Positions 43,353 to 64,000 of a stretch of DNA of 64,000 bases are shown one piece after another. Below the pieces are notes generated by a model. That model was not told the origin of the DNA. It ran no database searches and saw only the letters and a list, made by a program, of their open reading frames with translations. Source of the stretch: Cetorhinus maximus (taxonomy: Eukaryota); assembly GCF_964194155.1 (NCBI RefSeq), contig NC_135907.1:21142001-21206000 (forward strand). Direction: 5' to 3'. The translations under genes were made by a program, and so were the position numbers. How positions within the stretch are numbered: the stretch's first letter is position 1; each line of letters opens with the position of its first letter.

Positions 43353-46341
43353 GAAAGGAAATAGAGAAATGAGGTCAAATATAAGCTGGTAGAGGGTGGG
43401 GGGGACAGGTATAGCTGGATAGGGGGCCAGTGATAGGTGAAGGCAAAGAAGAGATTGCCAAAGATGTCAGACAAAAGGGTGCTGATATTATCTAAGGAAT
43501 GTGCTGATGGGGACATTAAGGGTAACAAGCAGGACAAGCTAGTGGCAGATGGCCCTAGTGGGGGAGGGATCAAAATGGGCACAAAGGTGGAGATAAAACA
43601 ATAGATTTAAATAAATTTAAAAATTGGTGGGAAAAGAATATATATTTTATTAAAATTATAAATTATTGGAAAAAGGGGGATAGGAAAGGGGATGAGGTTG
43701 GAGGAGAGAGTTCATGGTCTGAAGTTGTTGAACTCAATATTCAGTCCGGAAGGCTGTGAAGTGCCTAGTCGGAAGATGAGGTGCTGTTCTTCCAGTTTGC
43801 GTTCAGCTTCACTGGAACATTGCAGCAGGCCAAGGACGGACATGTGGGCATGAGAGCAGGGTGGAGTGTTGAAATGGCAAGCGACAGGGAGGTCTGGGTC
43901 ATGCTTGCAGACAGACTGAAGGTGTTCCACAAAGTGGTCACCCAGTCTGCGTTTAGTCTCTCCAATGTAGAGGAAACAGCATTGGGAGCAGTGAATGCAG
44001 TAGACTAAATTGAGGGAAGTGTAAGTGAAATGCTGCTTCACTTGAAAGGAGTGTTTGGGCCCTAGGACAGTGAGGAGAGAGGAAGTGAAGGGGCAGGTGT
44101 TGCACCTTCTGCGGTTGCATGGGAAGGTGCCATGGGAGGGGGTTGAGGAGTAGGGGGTGATGGAGGAGTGGCCCAGGGTGTCCCGGAGGGAACGATCCCT
44201 GCGGAAAGCTGCCGGGGGGTGAAGGGAAGATGTGTTTGGTGGTGACATCATGCTGGAATTGGCGGAAATGGCGGAGGATGATCCTTTGAATGCGGAGGCT
44301 GGTGGGGTGATAAGTGAGGACAAGGGGGACCTTATCATGGTTCTGGGAGGGAGAGGAAGGTGTGAGGGCGGTTGCGCGGGAGATGGTCCGGACACGGTTG
44401 AGGGCCCTGTCAACCACCATGGGTGGAAAACCTCGGTTAAGGAAGAAGGAGGAGATGTCAGAGGAACTGTTTTTGAAAGTGGCATCATCAGAACAGATGC
44501 GACAGAGGCAAAGGAACTGAGAGAATGGGATGGGGTCCTTACAGTTAGTGGGGTGTGAGGAGCTGTAGTCAAGGTAGATGTGGGAGTCGGTAGGCTTGTA
44601 ATGAATATTGGTGGACAGTCTATCACCAGAAATTGAGACAGAGAGGTCAAGGAAGGGAAGGGAAGTGTCAGTGATGGACCAAGTGAAAATGATGGAGGAG
44701 TGGAAATTGGAAGCAAAATTAATAAATTTTTCCAGATCCAGACTAGAGCATGAAGCAGCACCGAAGTAATCATCGATGTACTGGAGAAAGAGTTGTGGGA
44801 GGGGACCTGAGTGAGGACTGGAACAAGGAATGTTCCACATACCCCATAAAGAGACAGGCATAGCTGGGGCCCATGCAGGTACCCATAGCCACACCTTTTA
44901 TTTGGAGGAAGTGAGAGGAGTTTAAGGAGAAATTTTTCATTGTGCAAACAAGTTCAGCCAGACGGAGGAGGGTAGTGGTGGATGGGGATTGTTCGGACCC
45001 TGTTCAAGGAAGAAGTGGAGAGCCCTCAGACCATCCTGGTAGTGGATGGAGGTGTAGAGGGATTGGACGTCCATGGTGAAGAGGAGGCAGTTGGGGCCAG
45101 GGAACTGGAAATTGTTGATATGATGTAGGGCGAGAGAGGAATCGCGGATGTAGGTGGGAAGACACTGGACAAAGGGAGAGGGAATGGAGTCAAGATAACA
45201 AGAAATGAGTTCTGTGGGGCAGGAACAGGCTGACACGATCGGTCTGCTGGGACAGTCCTGTTTGTGGATTTTGGGTAGGAGGTAGAAGCAGGCCGTCTGA
45301 GGTTGGAAGCTGTGGAGGGAAGATCTCCAGAGGAGATGAGGTCAGTGACAGTCCTGGAAACAATGGCTTGATGTTCAGTGGTGGGGTCATGGTCCAGGGG
45401 GAGGTAGGAGGAAGTGTCTGTGAGTTGACGCTCAGCCTCTGCGAGGTAGAGGTCAGTGCACCAGACAACAACAGCACCACCCTTGTCAGCAGGTTTGGTG
45501 ACAAAGTCAGGGTTGGATGTGAGAGAACAGAGTGCAGTGAGTTCAGAGAGAGACAGATTAGAATGGGTGAGAGGAGCAGAGAAATTGAGATGACTAATGT
45601 CACGCCGACAGTTCTCAATGAAAAGATCAAGAGAGGGTAAGAATCCAGAGGGAGGGGTCCAGGTGGAGGGAGAATATTGGAGGTGGGTAAAAGGATCCGT
45701 TGAATGCGGGGAGAGGACTCCTGCCCAAAGAAGTGAGCACGGAGACGAAGGCGGCGGAAGAAGAGTTCAGCATCGTGCTGAGCCCAAAATTCATTGAGGT
45801 GAGGGCGCAAGGGTATGAAACTAAGTCCTTTGCTGAGCACTGAACGTTCAGCATCGGAGAGGGGAAGGTCAGGGGGTATGGTGAATACACGGCCGGGGCT
45901 GGGATTGGAAGATGGGATGGGGACAGAGAGACGGGCAGGGGTGGAGGATCCTGGATGGGGTTGGTGTCGATGAGTTGTTGGAGCTTGCGTTCCTTAGCAC
46001 TTGAAAGAAAGAAAAAAAAAAGAGACAAAAAAGTTTGTTGATGTGTCGGATGCGATGAAGAATAAAATGAAACTGGGGGCAAGGACAACTTAGAGAAAGG
46101 GTGCATTGGTGTTGCTGGAGGGAGAGGTCGAGTGTGTTCATATGGCGGCACATGGCACTGAGTGCAGATCTCAGGATGCGATGAGAACAGTAGTCCGAGG
46201 AGCGTTGTATATCCTGGAGATACCTGTAATCCTGGGTGGGTTCAAAACATGAGGGATGCAACTTCAGTTGGAATCCACGTGGGGCAAGTCGGAGACAGTC
46301 ACTGAGGCATCCAGGGAGAGTGCGAGCGAGGGAGCGGCATC

Positions 46342-46345
<4 letters not shown>

Positions 46346-46378
<33 letters not shown>
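46346..46378. repeat. (GA)n microsatellite within a GA-rich tandem repeat (46305-46525)
   Basis: Pure GA run; the unit GGATCCAG.TCCACGTCCAGAGAG is repeated nearby. Confidence 0.9.
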
Positions 46379-46384
<6 letters not shown>

Positions 46385-47689
46385 AGAGAGCCGGATCCAG
46401 ATCCACGTCCAGAGAGGGAGTGAGCGAGCGAGAAGGATCAGATCCTTATCGAGAGTTGGTGAGTGAGCGGGATCCAGGTCCACGTCCAGAGAGAGTGCGA
46501 GCGAGAGGAATCGAGAGAGAGAGATCTGGACCCAGCACTGCAGTACTGATTGAGAGCAGCACCATCAAGGGGCATCTTTTGACTGGTGCATGTAAAAAAA
46601 AAAACATGGTACTACTTCAGATAGAAGTTGGTATTCCCTCAAGTATCCTGGCCAATATTTGTCCAGAGCCAACTTAACGGAACAGGTTCTGGTAATTTAG
46701 TAGCTATCTTACTAGATTAAATTGTGACTCCAGCCAATTCAGCACTCATTGGTGCTTGGGACATCAAGGTCAAAAAAGTTCTGCATTTCATTTGAAGGAC
46801 CTCACATGAGGGTCAGTGTTCCCAGAGGAGAGCTTGTACAGATCCAGCAGACTCTGGTTCACATTCTTCTCCATCTGCAGAGCTCTCTGCATTGCCTGCA
46901 GACCATTGCCTCACTCATCCTGCACTGGTTTCTGAAAAGGGGAAGAGAGGTCTTGTTAGTGCTACTGGGAAGTGGAAAGATATTGGGATGCTACATTGGA
47001 AACCAATACTGGACATTAGATCAGTTCATGAGCTAAGAGTAAGAACACAGATTCACAAAGCCCATGTCTTTTTTTGGGGAAAATGACTCATCCATAAAAG
47101 TACACATCTCTACACCAGTCTTAGCCAAGCACTAAAGTTTAAGCCATTAGTTTGCAGCACAGGAACACTTTCGTTTGATCCTCCAGATTTATTGATCCAT
47201 CTCTAGCCATTAGGTTAGGATGATCAAGTGCCAAAACCACACCAACTCATCCCCCACCCATTCTCAATTCAATAGTAGCTGTTTTAGCCACTTCAGATAC
47301 GAGGAACCAGAGGGTGTAGCAGTAGTAAGTAAACTATTTAAAAATGAGCAAACTTCTCTTCAGCAAAATAAATTGTATCAAGGTGAAAATCCAACCTTGA
47401 CGTCCTCCAGGATGATCCAGCCTCCACGTTTATTCTGGAATTATCAGTTTCTCAGCGTGTTCCCATTCCTCATGTGACTGCTCCTTGAAGAATTTAGTAA
47501 AGTGACACAGGGCAATATCATCCCGGTCAAAGTAAAAGGACTGCAGGGAGAGACAAAATGGAAAGGAAGAGGTATGGTCAGGTGCAGATCATGTCCATGG
47601 TCAACTTGGCAGTTAGAATATTGAATTTAAAATCATTAATTCAACTCATTAAAAAAAGGTGTTGAAGTTGTTTCAACACTCAGCCCATG

Positions 47690-52546
<4,857 letters not shown>

Positions 52547-54879
52547 TCAAGAAAGTCTACCAACTAGACTGACCCACTCTAACTGCTATAGCAGCAAGAA
52601 CCAACACATTTAAACACATGGACAACCCAGCATTTCCATAACAGATAATGATTGACAGTTATTGGTAGCCAATCAAATAATGAACATACCTCAAACAAAC
52701 AATCCACAAACTTATTAATTAATGAAATGAGCAGTGGATCAGCCAATCAGGGCTTTGAAAGTCATTTTATCTGATTACTTACTGACAAGCTCCCTTAAAA
52801 TATTTGGTTCAAAATGTCTTGAACTTAAAATATTTAGCTATATCTTTCTGCTTGCAAATCGGTGACTTTAGGAATTCAGCTGTGCAATTTAAATTCAATT
52901 AATTAAATCTGGATTTAAAGCTAGTCTCAGTAATAGTGACCATGACAACTATCATCGATTATCGTAAAAACCCATCTGGTTCACTTAAGTCCTTTAGGGA
53001 AGGAAATCTGCCAACATTACCTGGTCTGGTCCACCTGTGACTCCAGACCCACAGCAATGTGGTTAACTCTTAACTGTCCTCTGAAATGACCTAGCAAGCC
53101 ACTGAGTTCCAGGGCAATTAGGGATGGGCAACAAATATTGGCCTTGCCAATGAAGACCACATCCCATGAAAGAATAAAAAGTGAGGTGTGACATGCCTAG
53201 TTAATGAATCTTAACCACCATTGTCAAATGCCCAGTTCCAAACTTGACTGTATTTGACTAATTTACAAGATTTCATAATAAACCTGGATCATCTGCTGGT
53301 AATTTTATATCAGGATGCCTGGTGAAAGGAGTGAGATGAAAGTGAAAGAAAGAATCTCCATTTATGTAGTGCATTTCATGGTCGTCTAGCTTGGTAACTG
53401 CAAACGTGGGATATGATCTTCCATTACAAATCTAGTTCACTGATTTACCCTTATAGTGAAAGAGTGGCTCCTGTTCTTACCCTCTGACCTTTCATAGCTC
53501 ACCACCCCAAGACTGTCTCTTTCATACCAACTCCCTATCAACATTTTATTCTTAAAAATCATTCTGGTGATAAGAGCCAAAGTTACTATCTATTGGCCAC
53601 CCTTACTTTGTCCTTGAAGGTGCTGATGGGCTGTCTCCTTGACCTTGTACATGTGGCGAAGGGAGTTCCAGGATTTTAACCCAGAGACAATGAAGGAGCC
53701 TCCATTATGACATGGCCAGGTTAGGACGAACAGCCTGTTTCTGTGCAGGATATCCAATGTTAAGAAACACTTTCTAAAATGTTTGGTGGCTGAACAGAAT
53801 ACTTACCCCACTGCAGTAAAATGTAACTGAGACCAGAAGATCTCTGTTGACCAGTACCTTACTATTACAGCCAAGTGTAACTCTTTCGAGTTATCAACAG
53901 ATCGCATATAACTCTTTCGAGTACATTCACAGTTCTTGGTTTCCAGGAGTGGGACATGAACCCACAACCCTCTGATTCAAAGGCGAGGGTGCTATGAACT
54001 GATCCACAGCTGACACCTCGTTTACAGCCAAGTGTAGAGTGGCAGTTCAATGGAACAAATAATTGTTAAAATAAAATGGAATTTACCAGATAAGAAAGTT
54101 CAAGATCCAAATTATAAATAGAGGATTCATCCACTGTTATTTTTCTACTGGTGATTGACTGAAGCACTGTCTGACTAGAGTATATTCAAATACCACTCTT
54201 CCTGATACAGCCTGCCCAAGATAGAGGTTGTCACTGCCACCACCCAACCACCCTCTCGCTCCCCGCAAATAAAGTTGGCCTAAAGTTGAAATGGTAAATA
54301 ATCAATAGATTTTTTTATTCTTTCATGGCATGTGGATGTCATTGGCAATGCCAGGGTTTGTTGCCTATCCCCAGTTGCCCTTGGAACTGAACATTTCAGA
54401 GGGCAGTAAAGAGCCAACCACATTGATCTGGAGTCACATCTAGGCCAGACCAGACGAGGATAGCAGATTTCCTTCCCTAAAGGACATTAGTGAACCAGAT
54501 GGGGTTTTTTTAAACAATCAGTGATAGTTGCCATAGTCACAAATACTGATTCTAGCTTTATATGATAGATTTATTAATTGAGCTTAAATTCCCACCGCCC
54601 ATAGTAGGATTTGAACTCATGACCCCAGAGCTCTGAAGGAGAGCCATGCAGACTCAAAACGTTATCTCTGTTTCTCTCTCCACAGATGCTGCCAGACCTG
54701 CTGAGTTTTTCCAGCATTTTCTGTTTTTATTTGCCCCGGACCGTTAGGCTGGGACTCAGGATCACTAGTTTGGTGAGATTATCACAATGCCACCATCTCG
54801 TCCATTAATGCATTTTCTATTTTCTATTCATTGATCAGACAAATATACATTGATTCAGAATGTTGAGCAGCTTTCAGCA

Positions 54880-56220
54880 CTGATGTTTGGCTTATATGGG
54901 AGACTGAATGTATGGTAGCTAAATTTGCCAATGACACTAAGAAAGTAAACTGTCAAGAGGGGGCAAAAAGTCTATAAGCGGCTATAGATAGGTTAAGTCA
55001 GGGGGCAAAAATTAGGCAGGTATATATACGAACTACAAATGAATTAGGAGCAGGAGTGAGCCATTTGGAGTATAATGTGGGAAAATGTGAACTTGGCCAA
55101 AGGAAGAATAGAAAAGCAATAAACTATTTAAATAGAGAGAGACCACAGAGCTCGGTGATACAGAGGGATCTGGGTGTCCTGGTATATAAATCACAACAAG
55201 TTAGTATCCAGGTACAGCCAGCGATTAGGAAGGCAAATAGAATATTGGTGCTTATTGAAAGGAGAATGGAATATAGAAGTAGAAAAGTTTTACTGCAGCT
55301 ATACTGGGCCTTAATTGGTTCACCCACATCTGGAGTACTGGGTATGGGTTTTGGTCTCTTGATTTGAAAAATGGTATAGTTGCATTAGAAGCAGTTCAAA
55401 GAGGTTTCACTCAATTCATTCCTGGGATGAAGGGCTTATCTTATGAGGCAAGGTCAAACAGGTTGGGCTTTTACCTATTGGAGTTTCTAAGAATGAGAAG
55501 TGATCTTTTTGAAACATAAGATCCCAAGTGGACCAGATTGGCTGGATTATAGAGAGGATGTTTCTTCTGTGGGGAAAACTAGAACAAAGGGACAGTTTTA
55601 GAATCTGGCTGTTAAATTCATTAAAAGGTGTCAGGACAGGTTTAGAGAATGACTAAAAAAGCATACTGTATCCTAGGCTTTATTGGCATGGGCATAGAGT
55701 ACAAGTGCAAGGTGTTTATAAGACACTGGTATTACCTCAGCTGGAGTACTGCCTACAGTTCTGGGCACCACATTTTAGGAAGGATGTGAAGGCATTGGAG
55801 AGAGTGCTGAAGAGGTTCACTTCAGTTATGAGATAGATTGGAGAATTTGGGACTCTCTTCCTTGGAGAGGACACAGCTGAGATTAGATAGAAGTATTCAA
55901 GAACACAAGAGGCCTCAACAGGGTAGTTAGGGAGAAATTGTTCCCATTGACATTGATTTAGAACAAGAGGAGCTGATTTAAGGTAAAAGCAACGAGATTA
56001 AGAAAACCACTTTCCACAGTGAGTGGTTAGGATCTGGAATGCGCTGCCTGAGAGTGTGGTGGAGACAGTGTCAATCAAGGCACTCAGAAAGAATTAGATG
56101 AGTAATTGTTGAAAAGATGCAGCACGCAGGGTTATATAGGTTAAAAAGGGAGGAAAGTGTCACTAGATGAAATACTCAGAACTCATGCAGACACATTGGA
56201 CCAAATAGCCTCCTTATGCA
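54880..56220 (+). mobile_element. Old CR1 fragments (paralogue at about 62100-62930)
   Basis: QRDLGVLVYKS...RMEYRSRKVLLQLYWAL, degenerate RT C-terminus. Confidence 0.75.
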
Positions 56221-56803
56221 ATCAAAAGCCCAGGCAAAGTGCTAGACTGGATAGAGACATACACCGATTGTTTTGGGGTGGGGGTGTGTAAAACAAAGCC
56301 AGAGACCCAAAACTCCAAGGCACCATTGGTGATGAGTCCAAATTCCTGTCAGTCAGATGCAAGGACAAATTTAGGGAAATTCTCTTGGCCTTAAATTCAG
56401 GAGAAATTCTCATCTGCAAGTTTGTAATCATTTAAAGACAAATGAGTGCAACAACTATATTCTTAACAAACAGCTCTATTAACAATTCTAGGAATGCATT
56501 CCAGAGTCATGACAAGAAGGTGTTGAACATTTTAGAGGGAAGTCATGAATTTCTTCACTGTAATTATAGGACCGTGTGTTCGGGACATGAATGGGTAGCT
56601 AGCAAAGGACTGGTTAATGTTACAGCCTCCACCAAATTCCCAATCATTTCAGCATTAAACCCAAGTTAGATGGTCCCTTAAGAACACAGAGGAAAAGAGA
56701 AGTCCAACACAATAGCTTTTATTGGCAGCTTAAGTGATAATTGCTACAATACAGATCAACAATATTACAGGAATACTTTGTAGAGCTAAATCAAGTGGCA
56801 AAT

Positions 56804-58673
<1,870 letters not shown>

Positions 58674-58758
58674 CTTAATTTCTATTGAGTTTAGATGATC
58701 ACAAAAGTCTACCAACTAGACTTACCCACTCTAACTGCTGTGGTAGTAAGGAACAACA

Positions 58759-58900
58759 TATTTAAACACATGGACAACCCAGCATTTACATAACAGATAA
58801 TGAGTGACAGTTATTGGTAGCCAATCAAAACTAACTTGCCTCAAGCAACCAATCCACAAACTTATTAATTAATGAATTGAGCATTGGATGAGCCAATCAG
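58759..58900 (-). promoter_or_regulatory. Class II ferritin promoter (TTTAAATA box, multiple CCAAT boxes); paralogue at 52609-52750
   Basis: TTTAAATA at 58759-58766 (minus); AGCCAATC near 58819 and 58891. Largely unalignable to class I apart from these boxes. Confidence 0.65.
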
Positions 58901-59569
58901 AGCTTTGAAAGTAATTTTATCTGATTACTTACTAACAAGATCCCTTAGACCTCCCTTAAAAATATTTGGATTAAGATGTCTTGAACTTAAAATACTGAGC
59001 TACACATTTCTGCTTGCAAATCAGTGACTTTAGGAATTCAGCTGAATTAGTGAGAAAACTAGAGACTTGATTTCTTATTGTAGGTGATTGTAGCCTCAAT
59101 GCAATATCCAGAGATTAGGTAGTCCAGGGTTAGGCTGCATTATCAGTAGGTAAGGAAGATGGAAGTTCTATCCTTAATTTGCCACAAAAATGCCCAACCT
59201 GTGGAGAGGATGAAGGTTGTTGAGTATATTTTATATTCAAGACATGTTCTGTGTACTGTTTAATCCAGTATATGTTCGTAACCGGGTAGTGATAATAGCT
59301 TGTGAATGGTGGGGAGATGATGGTGTAGTAGGAACATCACTGCCCTCATAATCTCAAGGTTCAGGGTGATGGTCTATGTCAGAGGTTCAAATCTTACCAT
59401 GACAGCTGGTGTAGTTAAGATTCAACTAATAAAATCTGAATCAAAATCTAGTCTCTGTAATGGTGATGATGAAGCTATTATTGATTGTTGTAAAAGTCCA
59501 TCTGGTTCACGAATGCCTTCACTGTTCACTATTTCTGTCACTAATGATGGAAATCTGCCCTCTTTATAC

Positions 59570-60770
59570 TGGCTAGACCAGCATTTATTGCCCATCCCTA
59601 ATTACCCTGGAGAAGGTGGTGGTGAACTGTCTTTTTGAACCACTGCAGTCCATGTGGTGTAGGTACACCCACAGTGCTGTTAGGAAGGGAATTCCAGGAT
59701 TTTGACCCAGGGATAACGAAGGAACGGCCAATATATTTCCAAGTCAAGATGGTGTGTGGCTTGGAGGGGAACTTGCAGGCATCTGCTGCCCTCGTCCTTA
59801 TAGAGTCATCGAGTCATAGAGGCCCATCAAGTCTATGCCAGTCAAACAAGTACCTAACTATTCTAACCCCATTTTCTAGCACTAGGCCCATAGCCATGGC
59901 ATCGCAAGTGCACATCCAAATACTTCTTAAATGTTATGAGGGTTTCTGCCTCTACCACCATTTCAGGCAGTGAGTTCCAGATTTCCACCACCCTCTGGGT
60001 GAAAAAATTCTTCCTCACATCCTCTCTAAACCTCCTGCCCCTTATCTTAAATTTATGCCCCTGGTTATTGATCGCTCCACCAAGGGGAAAAGTCTCTTCC
60101 TGCCTATTCCTATCTATGCCCCTCATAATTTTATACACCTCAATCATGTCCCCCCTCAATCTCCTCTGCTCCAGGGAAAATAACCCCAATCTATCCAATT
60201 TCTCCATATCACTAAAACTCTCCAGCCCAGGCAACATCCTGGTAAATCTCCTCTACACTCTCTCTAGTGCAATAACATCCTTCCTATAATGCGGATTCCA
60301 GAACTCCTTCTAGATGGTAGAGGTCGCAGGTTTGGAAGGTGCTGTCAGAACAGCCTTGGTGAGTTCCTGCAGTGCACCTTGTAGATGGTACAACACTGTG
60401 CATCGTGGTGGAGGGAGTGAATGTTGAAGGCAGTGGACGAGATACCAATCAAGTGGGCTGCTTTGCCTGGATGGTGTTGAGCTTCTTGAGTGTTGTTGAA
60501 GCTGCACCCATCCAGGCAAGTGGGGAGTATTCCATCACACTCCTGACTTGTGCCTTGTAGATGGTGGACAGGCTTTGGGGAGTCAGGATGTTCGTTACCT
60601 CCTTAGAATTCCCAGCTTCGGACCTGCTCTTGTAGCCACAGTGTTTATACGGCTAATCCAGTTGAATTTCTGGTTATTCATAACCTCCAGGATGTTGATA
60701 GTGTGGGATTCCATGATGGTTCTGTCATTGAATGTAAAGGGGAGATGGTTAGATTCTCGCTTGTTGGCTA
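59570..60770 (-). mobile_element. L2/CR1-type LINE fragment with a nested CR1 3' fragment (about 59800-60305)
   Basis: Host LINE breaks at ...CTCGTCCTT and resumes at CCTTCTAGATGG. The insert encodes LDRLGLFSLEQRRLRGDMIEVYKIM. Confidence 0.8.
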
Positions 60771-63570
60771 ATTTGCAGGATTTCATGGTAAACCTGGACC
60801 ATCTGCCAGTAATTTTATAGCAGGATGTCTGGCAGAAGGAGTGAGATAGAAGTGAAAGGAAGAATTTTCATTTATATAGCACCTTTCACAATCTTCTAGC
60901 TTGGCAACTGCAAACATGGGATATCGTCTCCCATTCCAAACCCCAGATTTACCTTTTATAGTGAAGAATTGGCTCCAGTTCTAATCTCTGGCATTTTACT
61001 GCACACCATCCCAAAACACATCACCCAACTCCCTATCACCTTTGTATTCTAAATAATCATTCTGGGGATAAGAGCCTTGTTAGCAAGGCCACCATCTATT
61101 GCCCATCCCTACTTTATCCTTGAAGGTGGTGGTGGGCTGTCATCTTGACCTGCTACCGCACATGTGGTGAAGCTACTCCCAACAGTGAAGGGGGTTCCAG
61201 GATTTTAACCCAGGAACAATGAAGGAACCTCCATTATGACATTGACTGGTTAGTGTGAACAGCCTGTTTCTGTGCAGGATATCCAATGTTAAGAAACACT
61301 TTCTAAACCGTTTGGTGGCTGAATACAATGTTTACCCTGCTGCAGAAAAATGTAACTGAGACCAGGAGATCTCTGTTGATCAGTACCTTACTATTACAGC
61401 CAAGTGTTGAGTAGCAGTTGAATGAAACACATACTCCTTAAAATAAAATGCAACTAACCGGAAAAGAAAGCTCATGATCCAAATCGTAAATAGAAGATTC
61501 ATCCATTGTGTTTTTCATATTGATGATTGACTCAAGCACTGTCTGACCAGTGTATATTCAAATACCACTCTTCCTGATACAGCCTGCCCAAAATGGAAGA
61601 TGTCACAACCACCACCCAACCACCCCGCCAAACCCCAAATGAAGTTAACCTTATCTTGAAATGGTAAATAATCAATAGGTATTTTTTATGCTTTCATGGG
61701 ATGTGGTTGCCACTGGCAAGGCCAGGATTCCCAATGATCTTGAAGTGAACATTTCACAGGGCAGTAAAGAGTCAACCACATCGCTGTGCATTTGGAGTTA
61801 CAACCAGGCCAGATCAGGTAAAGATGACTGATTTCCTTCTCTAAAGGATGTTAGTGAACCAGATGGGCTTTTTAAAAAATCAATCCCTAGTTGTCACTGT
61901 CACCATTACTTAGTCTAGCTTTATATGCTAGATTTATCAATTGAGTTTATACTCCCACCAACCATTAGTGGGATTTGAACCCATGACCCTGGAGCATTAG
62001 CCTGGGACTCAGGATTATTATTCTAGTGAGATTATCTTTGGTCAGACAGATATACATTGATTCAGAATGTTGAGCAGTTTTTAAGACCAAAGGTTTGGCT
62101 CATATTGGAGGTTGAACCTATGGAAGTTAAATTTGCCAGTGATACCAAGATTGGTAGGAAAGTAAGCTATCAAGTGGAGGTAAAGAGTTTATAAAAGGCT
62201 GTAGATAGGTTAAGTGAGTGGACATACAAATTAGGAGCAGGAGTAGGCCATTTAGAGTATAATTTGAACTTGGCCACAGGAAGAATAGAAAAGCAGTAAA
62301 TTATTTAAATGCAGAGACTCTGCAGAACTTGGTGGTTAAGAGGGATGTGTGTATCCTGGTACATAAATCATAAGTTAGTATCCAGGTACAGCAAGCAATT
62401 AGGAATGTTGGTGTTTATTGCAAGGAGAATGGAATATAAAAGTAGTTGAAGTTTTATTGCAGCTATACTAGGCCTCAATTGCTTCACCCACATCTGGAGT
62501 ACTGGGTACAGATTTTGGTCTCGGTTTGAAAAAAAGGATATAACTGCATTAGAAGTAATTCAAAGAGGGTTCACTTAATTCATTCCTGGGATGAAGGGTT
62601 TAGCTTATGAAGCAAGGTTGAACTTTACCCTTTGGAGTTAATGAGGGGTGATTTTTTGAAACATTAGATCCTGATGGGACTGGATTGGCTGCAAAAAGTA
62701 ATTAGAAAGAAAAAAAAACACATTTTCCCCCCTCACTGAGTGAGTGGTTAGGGTCAGGAATGCACTGCCTGAGAGTGTGTGGTGGAGACAGGTTCAATTG
62801 ACACATTCAAGGAGTTAGATGAGTATATTTTGAAAAGATGCAAGGTGCAGGGGTATGGGGAGAAAGGCACTAGGTGAAATGCTCAGAACTAGTGCAGACA
62901 CAATGGACCAAATAGTCTCTTTGTGCAATCAAAGCCCAGGCAAGCTGCTAGATCAGCCAGATATACACCTACTGGGGTAAAACAAAGTGAGAGTGTGGAG
63001 AATCGAAACACCAAGGCACTACTGGTGACGAGTCCAAATTTCTGTTGGCCAGAAGCATGAACAAATTTGACCCTTAGGATCAACCCCAAATGCAAGAGTG
63101 ATCCTCATCTGCAATTTTGTGATCATTGAAAAATGAAACAGTGCAACAATTGTATTCCTACTGACAAACAGCTCTATTCACATTTAAAATAAGTTGTGTA
63201 ACATTATCATCAATTCTAGGAACTAAGACACTTTTCACAGTCATGAGAAGACAGGTGTTGAATATTTTGAAGGGAAATCATGAATTTCTTCCATGTAATC
63301 AGTGACTTGCTAACTAAGATTACTGTTACAGCCTCTTTCAAATTCCCAATCATTTCAGCATTAAACCCAAGTTAGATGGTTCCTTAAGAACAGAGGAAGA
63401 GGAAGTTCAATACAATAGCTTTTATTTGTAGCAATTATTACTACAGCTGCAATACAGGTCACAAACATTACAGAAGTATTTGTGGAGCTAAATCAAAGCC
63501 TCATACACTGGAGATCACTTGATATACAGTTTCTTGGTCTACAATTTAGACTTGTAGGCCAGTGGTAGAT

Positions 63571-63795
<225 letters not shown>

Positions 63796-64000
63796 TTAAA
63801 ATTGGTGTGGTTCCTTTTATTGGATAAAGCACAAGTGACACTTCCTAGGATAGTATTGAATTAATAATGTTCTCCAACAGAAGATAGAGGCAGAAGTTTG
63901 CCAAGACTTGGGTACAGTTATACTCTAGGTCAGCTGGAAGACATGGCCCATCGAAAGAGACCAATACTCAAGTGAATTGTAACAAAGCTATTGGTGGTTT

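Larger units (their letters stand above)
43255..46530 (-). mobile_element. Penelope-like retroelement (RT plus GIY-YIG endonuclease), frameshifted
   Basis: LFTMDVQSLYTSI, FLQYIDDYFG (RT core), and LVYCIHCSQCCFLYIGETKRRLGDHFVEH (GIY-YIG) spread over ORFs 43712-46483. Confidence 0.9.

Noticed and set aside
43712-44947. 411-aa ORF as a novel host gene
   Set aside because: It is a frameshifted part of the Penelope ORF: the N-terminus is out-of-frame RT sequence and the C-terminus is the GIY-YIG domain.

Overview
Eukaryotic genomic DNA. The CR1/L2-type LINEs, tRNA-derived SINEs, Penelope-like element and ferritin sequence type suggest a cartilaginous fish (inference). The window is a tandem array of about 15 copies or fragments (F1-F15) of a 4-exon vertebrate ferritin gene of heavy-chain-B/M-like type, with coding exons of 102/147/126/147-156 nt. 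Only F8 (32939-34594, minus) and F14 (56804-58673, minus) are complete with open frames. F15 runs off the window, and an intact protein could also be spliced from the orphan exon 1 of F2 plus exons 2-4 of F3. The other copies are pseudogenes or fragments with frameshifts, stops, lost splice sites or deleted exons. Notable points: no iron-responsive element in any 5' UTR, an H-type ferroxidase centre paired with an L-like E-helix, near-identical exons between divergent shuffled introns, two promoter classes, three orientation switches that each coincide with truncated genes, a solo LTR, and a Penelope-like element with a degenerate hammerhead motif. All calls were read by eye; transposon boundaries are approximate.
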